Of a DNA stretch of 64,000 bases, positions 36,191 to 49,300 are shown piece by piece; the stretch's first letter is position 1; each line of letters begins with the position of its first letter. Made by a program: the position numbers and the translations under genes. Source of the DNA: Mytilus edulis. Taxonomy: Eukaryota. The notes beneath the pieces are model-generated. The model had not been told where the DNA came from, ran no database searches, and saw nothing but the letters and a program-made list of their open reading frames with translations. The stretch spans positions 49,786,001 to 49,850,000 of the forward strand of contig NC_092349.1 in assembly GCF_963676685.1 (NCBI RefSeq), given 5' to 3'.

Positions 36191-39100
36191 ATTGCAGGTA
36201 ATGCATGAACTCTGTTACAATGAAAAAAACAACAATATCAATTGATTTTCCACCTATAAAAACCAAAAACCATTCACCAGGTTAAAAAACAAATTGCACG
36301 AGACAGGATCAGAAATAACTTTGATTCAGATCAGTGTCGGTTTTTGTGCTATGTTATACCAATATGCTGTGTATTCTTAATCAATAAAACAAATAAAATG
36401 GGCTCAGTTTATAACAATCTTATTAATCTACATACAATGTCACATACACTGTGTTCAACTACTTCCTCTGATTTTCGCTCATGCAGAATACAGGTAGATT
36501 ACAGAAAACACATCTCCGTTGGCCCTTGCTTTGACGGTGCCCCTCCTGTCGCCTATGGTGTTGAAGACTTGCGACAAGTCAAAACGACATGACCGTAAAA
36601 CCAACTTAAAGGTATATCCATCATATATTCAACCGACCTAACTGATGGCGGACATACTGTTGTGAGATTTTGATCAGATATCTGTAAAATAGACCGCTGT
36701 GTCCCCATCGTATCCCGTTCAAGTCTTGCAATGTTCCATAAACGTAAACCTTCGGATAAAAAAGATTGCAAACCGGCGCTACAACAAGCTGAATTTGTTC
36801 TCAGTAAAAAAATTAAATAAAAAAAAAATTCAAAACTCCGAGGAAAATTAAAAACGGAAAGACCCAAATTAAAAATGCATAACCAAACACTCAAACACAT
36901 TAAACGAATGGATAGCAACTGTCATGTTCAAGACTTTGTACAGACATTTTCTCACAAGAAAATCGTGCATTTAATCTGGTTGTATAGCTAGCTAAACATC
37001 TCACTTGCTTGGCTGTCGCAATAAGTTATATAATATTTACAACAATGTGTGAACAAACCAAACAGACATACTACGTTAACATGTCAAACCAACGGATACA
37101 TCAGTAAACATTGTGTTATAATCTTAATCATGATAAAAACAATAAAAAAATATCACTAAAAAAACTACAAAAAGGCAAATAGACACAGCACATTTTTGCA
37201 AACAATAAAGACAAGAATACAAAAAATCATCATAGCATCATAACACAATGATATTGGTGCCTCTTGTTGGTTATTGCCTACTGGATGCTGAATTATACAG
37301 ATGGCCTTTTTGTTCTCAGAAAATACCACGCAACTATCCAGAAAACCTATTATCCTTCATGCCCCTCCAATAATGACACTTTTTGACTGTCTCGTATGCC
37401 TTGTATTTTNNNNNNNNNNNNNNNNNNNNNNNNNNNNNNNNNNNNNNNNNNNNNNNNNNNNNNNNNNNNNNNNNNNNNNNNNNNNNNNNNNNNNNNNNNN
37501 NNNNNNNNNNNNNNNNNNNNNNNNNNNNNNNNNNNNNNNNNNNNNNNNNNNNNNNNNNNNNNNNNNNNNNNNNNNNNNNNNNNNNNNNNNNNNNNNNNNN
37601 NNNNNNNNNNNNNNNNNNNNNNNNNNNNNNNNNNNNNNNNNNNNNNNNNNNNNNNNNNNNNNNNNNNNNNNNNNNNNNNNNNNNNNNNNNNNNNNNNTGT
37701 CGTTGTTCTCTTATATTTAATGCGTTTCCCTCAGTTTGTTACCCCGATTTTGTTTTTTGTCCATGGTTATGAGTTTTGAACAGCGGTATACTACTGTTGC
37801 CTTTATTTGTATGTGCTTTAATGGCTTGTATCCAGAAAGACAGAATGTTTCATCCAAATCAGGTGTGGGTATTATATTATGGGATCTGACAATCGCTTAT
37901 TTCTCCACTGGTTCCTCCTTGTGAATATTCACAACCTGCCTTAAAACATGTAATACATTTGTGTAGCTTGACGTTTCGAAATATGTTTCCTTCTGAGGGC
38001 ACCTTTGTATTTCTCAACTGAATCACCCATGCAAGTATCATCCCTTCCCTATTTTTCGTTAAGCTCCTTTTGATTATGAGCCAAGAGTACCGTATCGTTA
38101 ATCTCTGACATGAATTATCCCCGACTTAGTTTTCGTTTTCTATTTGCAGATATTTGTCTAAACGGATAACATTTTAAATGTGATAAATTGTATAAGGAAA
38201 TTACAAAGAGGTTTTGGAAACAGGTTAGAGATAAAACAAGAAATGTTAATGTATATGATTATTCCCTTTAAAATTAGATTAGATCTCCACTCAATGAAAT
38301 CAAAAATCTGCAATTCCTTTTAATGTATTACATTTCGATTAGAAGATAACTTTTAATTCGGGAAATTTTGTCTCGAACGCCTGCAATATGTGTTAATCCT
38401 TTGTGTAAATTATTACTGTTTTAAATAGTGGGATACGAGTTGCCGAACCAGAAACCAGCTATTTTCTTTCGACTGAAATTTGGGTTTTAAGTCTCGAACT
38501 CTTTCCTTTCGTGCACTTATTACTTGGTGCTAACAATTTGCAATAACGACTATTTTTGATCCGTTTCAATGATGTGTTTGAGCTTTTTAACTTGCCATTT
38601 GATTAGGGACTTTCCGTTCGGAATTTTCCTCGGAGTTCAGTATTTTTGTGACTCTCCTTTTTTTTTATATCTTTCCTTACCTAGATTGTTTTCCCCTCTT
38701 TAACAATATACACAAAAGTGCCGCATTACACACTAACAATCAATCTATCAAATGTCTTGTAAAAATAAAGAAAAAACATTTCATATTCATGATGTGGAAA
38801 CATTTGTGCCCTAAAATGTATTATTATAATTATATTGAGTACATATGTATTTATTTGAAATTTTAAAAAAAATGATAATTCGACAACCCATTCAAACGAG
38901 GGAATTGTAAGTAAAAACACTATTTATTCCGATAATGTCTTTCCGATGATTGCCATTAAGCGACATATTTCCTATAACCAACCAAGCACTAGTAGTACTT
39001 GTTTATACAATGATGATTTGGACACATTTTCTATCATGCGTCAAATTTGTTTCGTTATGACAAAATAACAATTACTTACCAATAGAAATATGGAGATGAT

Positions 39101-39201
39101 GCCAATTCATTCGGCAATCCTCGGTAGAATCCGCTATGAGGGTACGGAATCGGCCGAGTTGAGACGAATGGATGCTAATTGAGACACAGGACTATTTAAC
39201 G

Positions 39202-39408
39202 GAGACATTCATATACTGTTTTATTGCTATTTTACGAAATTTCCCTTTGATCTTGCTAACTGATAATATCCTTTTCAGCTTAGTCTAGTGATCTGAAAAA
39301 TTATCGCTAAATACTAAGAGGGCACGTGGAGTCGTCAATGAAATTGACATGAAATTGATAACGTCGGTATAAGTAAAATAGCGATAAACAGATTATAATG
39401 GTTATCTC
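39202..39408. mobile_element. Short element with imperfect ~34-bp inverted ends (MITE/Crypton-like)
   Basis: GAGACATTCATATACTGTTTTATTGCTATTTTAC versus the right end's reverse complement GAGATAACCATTATAATCTGTTTATCGCTATTTTAC. Confidence 0.55.
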
Positions 39409-41047
39409 AACTCGATTGCTTATCTATCTAAGAAATTTAAGGACTATGGACAACGTAATAAAATCTATCATTGTGAAATAATGTTTTTTTTATGGCTGAA
39501 CTTATCAAGGAAAAACTTCATTCTGAATTGCCAAAACCAATTACTTCTTCGTATACAACAATTTCAAATTTTCAATCGCTGTAATTTGTGGCAAGATGTA
39601 TATTCGAAATCACTTAATCATAAGTTGTATGGGAATTTAGTGTAACAAAATAAAATCTGAAGATATTCTAATCGCTCCCCAAACGAATGATCCCAGATCA
39701 TGTTCCTTATAAGATTTCAAAATCAAATTTTGAATACAACCTTAATCAAATACATCCCATGACAAATATTCAATCTCATAACTAAGTAAAAAGTGTTTGC
39801 AATGTCAGAAGTGTTATTAATTTTCGGTGTAAGGAACGAATCAATACTATTCTTTGTAATATTTGTATATTGTTGTTTGTCTTTTGGTCCTGGAGATGTT
39901 ACTTGATTTACGACGTATGCGTTGAAATATCCTTTTTGGTATATCATACCTATCTGTTTCGAAGAACCAAGAGGGACAAGGAAGTAATAATTGAAATTCA
40001 ATTATAATTTGTGTACATAAACATCCTGTTACCGAGAATGTGTTTTAAAAAAGACCAAAATAGTTACGTCTATTATATACAATATCCGTGTACGTTCAAT
40101 TGAAATTGAATCGTTTTTTCCATGTCCTTTTCATTGTATTATATAGAACAAATTATTATGATCTTGTTAGCAACTTGGGGAAAAAATCTTTAGAATATTC
40201 AAATTTAAATAAAACTTTACATCCGTTGATTTAACAGAAGATATTGAAAATAACCCTGATTTTTGCTTTCATTCTCTTTCGTATAAATACTAAAACATGA
40301 CCTTTCACATGCCATATTATATCGGACCTTACCAATACCGTGTAAGTTTAACAAAATATCTTTAGCAAATAGATAATTGACTTAATTTGAACAAACCTAA
40401 AATATTGAAATATACATATCATCGTAGTTACTTTTTATAAATAAATTATAATAAAAACAAACCACGATTTAATATTTATCAGCTTATATAATCTTAAATA
40501 TGCATAATAGCATATATTGAAAAGTCGTGTAAAATACCAAAGGAAAATTAAAAATTCCTCAATCAAAGAAAAACTGATAACGCCATGGCTAACAAAGATA
40601 ATAGAGTAAATAATCTTCCTAGGCAACTTAGCCACCGAAGCTCCGAAAATAATAACAAAAGTGTAGAAATCAGTAGGCAATGACTTGACTCGTTATATTG
40701 GCACATAAACAACTAATACAAAGGCAAAAAATAGTATGTTCTGCCAATGATTTGTCTATTATCACTTGAGTTGTCAACTTGAGTTGAGTTGTTATACTCA
40801 AGTATAATGAATTTGTAACCTTTAGCATAGAAGGTATTGTAGGTGTTTGTGGAATTCCGTATTGCTCAAACGTTAGATTTCTGGCCGGTGTTTATGGACT
40901 GTTGAAAACCTTCGTGTTTTGAAGTGAGCATTATTTCGGTAAACGGATTTTTTTCTTCATGTTTCTTCAATTCTGACAATTATCATTTATTTTATTTGGA
41001 TATTTTGAATATTATCTGAACTTATAGATAGAATCCGGCAACACATA

Positions 41048-44000
41048 ATGGGAATAACAGAAATTTCTCAAGGCAGTAGACGGAGATTGAAAGTAGCTGC
41101 ATTTGTTATAATGACTGCAACAATTGCATTCATAAGTCTTTTCCTTTATTTTCAACTTAAAGGTAAATTATTGGATAAAGCAATAAATTAAGGCAACAAT
41201 TAAACACTTCACAGTAAGCTTTTGTATTTGCGTTTGTATTCAACTTTTTAGCAGGTAAAGTGATTTTGCATTTCAAGATTTAACCACTTTTAAAAGACCC
41301 CTTCAACTTCAAAATGAAAATAAATATGATATCATCTATAAAGTAACAGACTTCACACATTAGTTTATATTCTTTATTAAGGTCTAATATATTTGAATTA
41401 CTGAAGCTTTATTTTTTTTTTTAATTTGTGGTTATTTTTACTACGTACGAAATGTGTTCACCTGAAATATATCTTCCTCTTAAAAAGAATCATGTAATTA
41501 TAAGAACGTACAAGAAAGTGTTATCTGGCGTTTAAGTGTCGCAATACAGATCTGCGTCAACAATAATGGCTGCTTTGTTTGACGGTTTAAACCGAAAACA
41601 CTTTACAGGATTGTTATGCCGTCTTCATTTCGTTTTAATAAACAGTTTTATTTCACAATTCATATCATCTTTTTCCAGTTGTTTTCAGAAATATCATGCC
41701 CTTTTGCATAGTCTAATTTATACAATGATCAGTTTCAGAAACATCATGTGATGATGAGCCTTGTCGTAATGGTGGAACGTGCATTGAAGTTGGCAAATCT
41801 TTTAATTGTGATTGTCCCATTGGTTTCAATGGAAGCAAGTGTGAAGGTAATATTTTTTTTAGGAACACACACAAGTGACGGTTAAGCTTGCTTTAAAACC
41901 AGGCTTGATCCACCATGTTCTACAGAAGAAAATGCATCTACCAAGCCAGGAATATGAAAATCTGTAAGTAATATTCGATATTATGTAATATTCAAGAAAT
42001 AACAATAACTTTGTTTAAACATAATAGGTATATCAATATCAAGTTTATTTTACAGATTCTCCATGTTCTACTGAACCCTGCCTTAATAATGGATCATGCA
42101 CCGTACATGAAACATCATATGTCTGTTCTTGTCAGGATGGTTATAATGGAACAGAATGTGAAGGTACGGAATAAACATTTTATTACGGTTACAGAATTTG
42201 AACTATATCACAAACATGAAGCAATATTTCGTACTCCAAAACATGAAGCAAAATTGCATAAGAAACAGAAAGCATATATAAATTTAAAACTAATAGACCA
42301 TGTTTACAAATTATTACCATGCGTTTTCAGCCATGAGTAAGGGCCAACTTTAGATTACAGGTGTACTGCAATTGTACATCAGTTTCAATATTTGTACAGA
42401 TGTAATAAAAAGGTGAAAAATCTAAAAACATTAAACGGCGCGCAGCTGTTAGTTTTTGCAATCTTTTATAATCTTATTTTATGAATCTTTTATAATCTTA
42501 TTTTATGAATCTTTTATAATCTTATTTTATGAATGTTTTCCAATCTCTTATAATCGGACAAACATGGCTTGGTAGACATTGGAATAAAAAATAATAAAAA
42601 ATATGATGTACACTTCGTACAAAACAAAATTTTAACGGTCACTTTATTTTTTATGATATTAGAGAAATGTAAAACATTATAAGCATATTTATTTATTTTA
42701 GAAACTCCTTGTTCTAACCAACCTTGTCTAAACAATGGTACTTGTGAAATAATTGGAGCGTCTAATGTTTGCTTTTGTCGAGATGGATACAATGGAACAA
42801 CGTGTGAAGGTTCATTTTATTTAAACCATTGTGGTGACGTCAGCCTATTCATTTACCGTGGATTCTTTTTCTAGAATCAACGCTACTTAAATCTGTCGCT
42901 GAAATGGGCTCACCATATTAGATTCTTTTGTTTCCTTTGTGTGCCTAATTTCATTAAGTTTGAATTGACTAATTAACTGATTTCTGTTCACTAATGGAAT
43001 TGTTTTTAAAAAAATACCTTTAATTTTTGTGATTTCTATATGCCTTCACTGGGATTCAAACCCGTCCATGAATTCTGATACGTGTTACTGACATCAACAC
43101 ATCGACGAAACCTATGGGCTAACAATCGGTTACGATTCAAATGTCTATTATATATATATATAAATGAATATATGATATACATCGGTACAACAGACACACA
43201 GGGCTTCTACTTTTATATATACACGATAGGCAAAGGAATAGTATGAATTGGTAGTCACGAGGTTTTATGGTTAAGATAAATGAGTTGAAGGTACGGACTT
43301 GTATTTTCTGGTTCGAATCCCTGAATTCTCTTTGTTGTCCCTATTCTGTACTTTTCCAGTTTGTGTTTTTGTTTTGTATGTTATTGTGAATAATTAGTGT
43401 AATAAAAGCGAGTTTGGTTAATAATGTTTGGATTATTGTTGGCTATTCAACATTTTTGAAGCAAAAATGATTACATTCTCATGATTTTTGTTCATTTTTG
43501 TTTTATAAATTAATATAATATGATTTCATTTGTTTAACTACATAATTTTACAACTGTTAATTAGTAAATTACTATGCTAGAAAATCTTGATGTGCCTAGA
43601 ATTAGGCTATTTGTTCGAAATTTTGGAAACATAATTATTATATGCACTATATATATTTTCTTTGTCGAGGTGTATTCCCTTTGACACATTCTCCATTTCC
43701 ATTTTCAATTTGAATAGAAATAAGTTCGAATAAATCTTATTTTGTAAAAACAGACAATATTCAGATGCATGATAGTATGAAGATTTTTAAGGACAGACGT
43801 ATTGTGTTATAATAGTTTTGTATTTTTGTTTTAACCATTTAATTGTGATATTGTTAGACACGATTACATGGTTATTTAAACTCACTTACTATACCTTCTA
43901 ATTAAGAAAAGGCGTTAAGTTTTAAAAGACATTAACACAATAGATTAAGTTATAGATACAATGGATAAGCTTTGATTCATGAAAAACAAGCCCTTCGCCC

Positions 44001-46364
44001 TCCGGGCTCATGGTTTCTTTTGCAAGAATCAACGCTTATCCATTGTATCTTTATCACATCTTATTTAGTACCATTGTATTCCGATTTATGTACAACTATC
44101 TGTGAAAAACAATGCAAGGGCCAATTAACGGGTTAAACATACAGCAGAGTAATTACAGGGTTCACTTGATTTCAATCTTGTACGAATGCACATATGTATA
44201 GTATGTGTTGAAAAATCAATGAGATATTTTCTATACAGATAGTTCAATTATCTCTCTTTTGTAACATATTTATAGTTGATATTTTATATATTTATATGAA
44301 CATATACACCCAATTCAAATGAAGTTCATAAACGCATACTTTTGAAATAAATGACATATGTACATTACTTTGATGGAAATTAATGGCAATTGAAAAAAAC
44401 TGTATACCGGTATGTTTGTTCAATTGCTATAGATTATTTTAATTGTTGACTTTTTCAGATATGAATCTAAGAAATCTCTATCATAGTTAAAAAGAAAATA
44501 CATCATTCAACAATAGGTAGACAATTATAGCTTGTTGTTCGGTGTGAGCCAAGGCTCCGTGTTGAAGGCCGTACATTAACCTATAATGGTTTACTTTTTT
44601 TAAATTGTTATTTGGATGGAGAGTTGTCTCCTTGGCACTCATACCACATCTTCCTATATCTATAAACCATATATTTAAGGAATAATTGATATTTTTTTAT
44701 ATTCAAGAAATAACAATAACTTTGTTTAAACATAATAGGTATATCAATATCAAGTTTATTTTACAGATTCTCCATGTTCTACTGAACCCTGCCTTAATAA
44801 TGGATCATGCACCGTACATGAAACATCATATGTCTGTTCTTGTCAGGATGGTTATAACGGAACAGAATGTGAAGGTACAGAATAAATATTTTAAAACACT
44901 TTCAGAGTTTGAACTATATCAGAAATATTTCGTTCTCAACAGCTTGAAGCAAAATTCCATTAAAAACAAAAATAACATATAAATTTAAAGCTAATCTACC
45001 ATGTGTAGAAATGCTTGCAGTGCGTTTTTTTCCATGAGTAATAGGCAACTTTAGTTGAAAGGTTGTGTTCTGAAATTTTAAATCAGATTCAATATATAAT
45101 CATTGGGAATACAAAAAAGAAAACTGTAAAAACATTAAACGGCTCGAAGCTAGCTTTTGTCTTTTTATTATATGTATGTGCTCATATCACGTATAATCGT
45201 TCAAAAATATCTTTGTATAGGGTTGAATTGGAGGTAAACAAAATCATATACCATTCATAAAATGTAAAATTTTAACGGTCACTTTATTCATTATGATATC
45301 GCATAGAAATGTTTAACATTATCAGTATATTTTTGTTTTGTAGAAACTCCTTGTTCTAAACAACCTTGTCTTAACAACGGATCTTGTGAAATACTTGGAG
45401 CATCTCATGTATGCGTTTGTCCGGATGGATATAATGGAACCGCGTGTGAAGGTTTTGTTTGTTTGTTTTATTACTTATTTAGTAACTTTGTATTCGGATT
45501 TATGTACAGCTACTTGTAAGAACAATGCAAAGGTCAATTTAAGGGTTAAGAATACAGCAGAGCAATTAAAGGATTCACCTAATTTCAAGCTTGTACGAAT
45601 GCAAATATGAAAAATGTTTTTTGAAAAAAATCTATTTGGTCTATTGAGAAATGTTCTATATAGATGTAAGTTCAATAATCTTTGTTAGGTAACGCATTTT
45701 GTTTTAACCATACTATTAAACAGATATAGTTGATATATCATATTTATGAATATCTGCATCCTAATTCAAATGAATTCATATACACACACTTATTAAATGA
45801 ATGAAATGTGTACGCTACTTTGATCGGACGTTTATTGCAGAAAATTAATGAACGAATTGAAATGTTCACATTTTCGGCTTATTGTTTTAAAAACGAAATG
45901 CAATCGGTTACGCATATTTATGATATTTCAGTGACACCGTGCTTTGGCGATCCTTGTTTAACCAGAGGAACATGTAGAATTAGTGGATCTTCTTACTTAT
46001 GTTCTTGTTTACCCGGCTATACTGGAACATCATGTGAAGGTAAGATTTAAGTACATTAGACATATTGTAATAAAGAAAAACATACCAACCAGAAGCATCC
46101 CCTTCCATTCTGTATGTTTTAAGGTTTTCACTCATGATGTATGATCGTGTATCTTGGTAGTAAATAAATTAATTCACTAAAGACCGTTGGTAAATATAGT
46201 ATTCTCTACAATCAACAAAAACAGATCTTATATCAATTAACAGTTCCGTCATATTAAGACACAGTGTCTGTGATTTACAACTCCAACGATTTGTTTTAAC
46301 ATTTCGACTTCAATTCCTATTCTAAAAATACAGCAGTAAATACAATATGAACATTTGGGCAACT

Positions 46365-46395
<31 letters not shown>

Positions 46396-49300
46396 ACTCG
46401 TCTAAACATCAACCCAACAATGTTAGATCTGTAGATTTGCTTTAGCAAATTTTTGGTTCTTCCCTCTTCGGGATTCGAACCCATGCTACTGTGATATCGT
46501 GACACCAAATCGCCTGCACTGCAGCCGTCCCGCTAGACCACACGACCACCTGGGCTCTCAAAAAAGAACTTTCGCTGGCCGTGTGTTACCTTTCCTCGTC
46601 AGTTTTAATCTAGCGGCGTACTACAGTACATGATATATATGGCATGAAGATGTTATTGTTACAGATCAGCTAAATTATCTATAGTAAAGGATCCTACAAA
46701 TTAATGTAATATACAGTCACAGAAAATAATTATATTTATAAGTACGTCTGAGTCAGTGACAACTCTACAACAGATGTATCCATCGGATCGCCATCAATGA
46801 TGGTGATACATGGCTGTATACATAATGTATATACAACTCGTCTAAACATCAACCCAACAATGTTAGATCTGTAGATTTGCTTTCGCAAATTTTTGGTTAT
46901 ATATATATATATATATATATATATACGAGCTGTAGTAATTAACATACAAAGATATATAATATATATAGAAAAAAAACATACAAACGGCAGTTATTTCTTA
47001 CAGAATATTTTCTATTTTATTGGTCTATTGTATGTATATTATTTTGATTGACCCAATTATAACACAGAATTATAATTAACAAATGGTACAGCTCGCATTG
47101 TTATTTTTTCGTCTTCATTTGAAATGCATTTGATGAGGTATGTTTATGAATTTCAGTTACACCGTGCTTTGGTGATCCTTGTTTGAACGGAGGAACATGT
47201 GCAATAAGCGGATCTTCTTACGTATGTTCTTGTTTACCAGGCTACACTGGAACATCATGTGAACATGGTGAAGGTAAGAATAAAATACATAACACTTAAA
47301 GTAAAAAGTAAAATAACAAAAATACCATAATCCGAGGAAATTCAAAACGGATCTTGGTAAAGACATTTAAATAATGATCAAAATAAGAACGACACTATCC
47401 ATTACATAATGTCTGTATAAACATGATATACCTATATGTTATATTTGAAATATATTGCCAATTCGCAGATTTGTGTTTAAATAGTGTCCGACATCCTTTA
47501 TTAACGTTTTATGTGGTACGTATTTATAGTAGCTAAACAAATATCTGATTTCATTATTTGTTATGCTCACTCGTTCTTACCTTATAAACTAAAATGTTCA
47601 AATGCTTTAAATTGAGAGAAAAATTGTAGCTTCTTAAGCCTTGTAAATTGACAAAGACAAAGACAAATAGACATCAAACAATTTGGTATATATCATTCAA
47701 CATAAACACCTTTTGTGGTATTACTTCAAGATCGCTTCTTTGAGTTTATTTCAGTTTTTTGTGTGTGCATGGTACCGATTACTTATGTTATCCTTGTTTT
47801 TCAAAATATTTTCACTGTTTGTTAGTGTGTTCTGTTGTTGCACCATTGTCCCAGCTTAGGTAAAGGTTGAACGCTCAAAAACATTTTTTACCCAACATAC
47901 ACTTAAAACGTTTTTATGTTTTAAGTTTTCCAACATCGGTTTGGCTTTAAAATAGCTGTTTATGGCATGGAGTTTGCTGATTGTTTAAAAATATAAATCA
48001 TATCCCTTTTCTCATATATATCATAAACAAGTTTATATGGGACATATAACTTGTAATATCATTAACAGTATCAATTTGTCTGTACCAGTTGCGCAATGAA
48101 TGGCTATTCTTCTGATGATCAAGGCCATGACGTATATAGTACATAACTGTTAAATAGCCAATTAGATGTCCATTTTTCACGTTAAAAGACCGCATACAAT
48201 GTATATATATATCTTGATGTTCAAGTTTGATATTATTCTAATCTTAAGAAAACAGGAAAACATCTTATGGCCGTTTGAAGGTAGCTGGAATGTTTAAATG
48301 TTCGGCAATAGATTTTCTAAACAAAATCAGAGTTATTTTACATGGGTTAAATAACTTAAGGAAACTTAACTTTTCCTGTCTGAGGAAACCATGTTATTTA
48401 TTGTAATTGATGGAGAAAATTGCTTGTATAAATACTTCCAAGATATCAAATATTAATAGGGGGACACGGGACTATTTTTCAATCCAGGAAACACTAAATG
48501 TCCTACGAAATTCCCTATTATTATCGGCCATTGATTTTAAAAGAATTGTTTTCTAAAATTTTGAATACCCTTAATTAATGAACAGTTTAAACTTTAAATT
48601 TGAAATTTGAAATTTTCTGCTGCATATTGAATAGTACTTTTAATAAACAAAGGTAACAGTAGTTTACCGCTGTTCGAAAGTCATGAATCGATTGAGAGAA
48701 AACAAATCCAGGTTACAAAATTAAAACCGAGTGAAACACATCATCTATAAGACATGTAAGAGAAAAAACAACAAACCAACAGAAACACTGAAGTAAAAGT
48801 AAAAGCAAACGACAAGGCCCACACACAGAAACGAATTATAAGATTACCATTATAAGATTTTTAAGCAGAAAAAGTATTTATTCAACATGCTTAGAAGGAG
48901 AACTCAGAAAAATACATTCAATCTACCGTACGGTTTTTATGGAAGATTAATCATATTTTAGTAATTTCGAGTTCAAGGAACTACACATACCCTTTTCGTA
49001 CCTTCTCTTCTCATCATGTTCTTTAACATAAGACTGCTCTTTATTTAGAATTAGAATATAAACCAATATTTGTGGCATGCAGTGGAAATGATCAGTCAGT
49101 ACTGGACACATGGATAACGCCGTCTATGGGGAGGGAAGTTGTAAACATTAATGAATCATGTACAGCTGGACATCTGAGAAGTTCTATTATTGACAACTGG
49201 AACCAATTGGGAATTGACAAGGTAACTTAACAAAGTGCATCAAGAACAAAAACATTGTGTCTTCAACTATGTAAATACATGTGTAGGTATAAGGAGATGT

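Noticed and set aside
36553-36918. 121-aa minus-strand ORF in relatively GC-rich sequence
   Set aside because: No recognisable motif or splice partner. Its 5' part overlaps a common repeat. A blastx would be needed.
37301-37779. Three overlapping ORFs of 127-139 aa
   Set aside because: They consist mostly of a scaffold N-gap.
41689-41720. Extra EGF exon start (TTTTCAG|AAATATCATGC) 50 bp before the first EGF exon
   Set aside because: No cysteine pattern follows and its use would break the frame. It is probably a short local duplication of the acceptor region.
46461-46557. Possible functional tRNA gene
   Set aside because: A and B boxes are present, but I could not fold a convincing acceptor stem and anticodon arm, and it lies within a repeat element.
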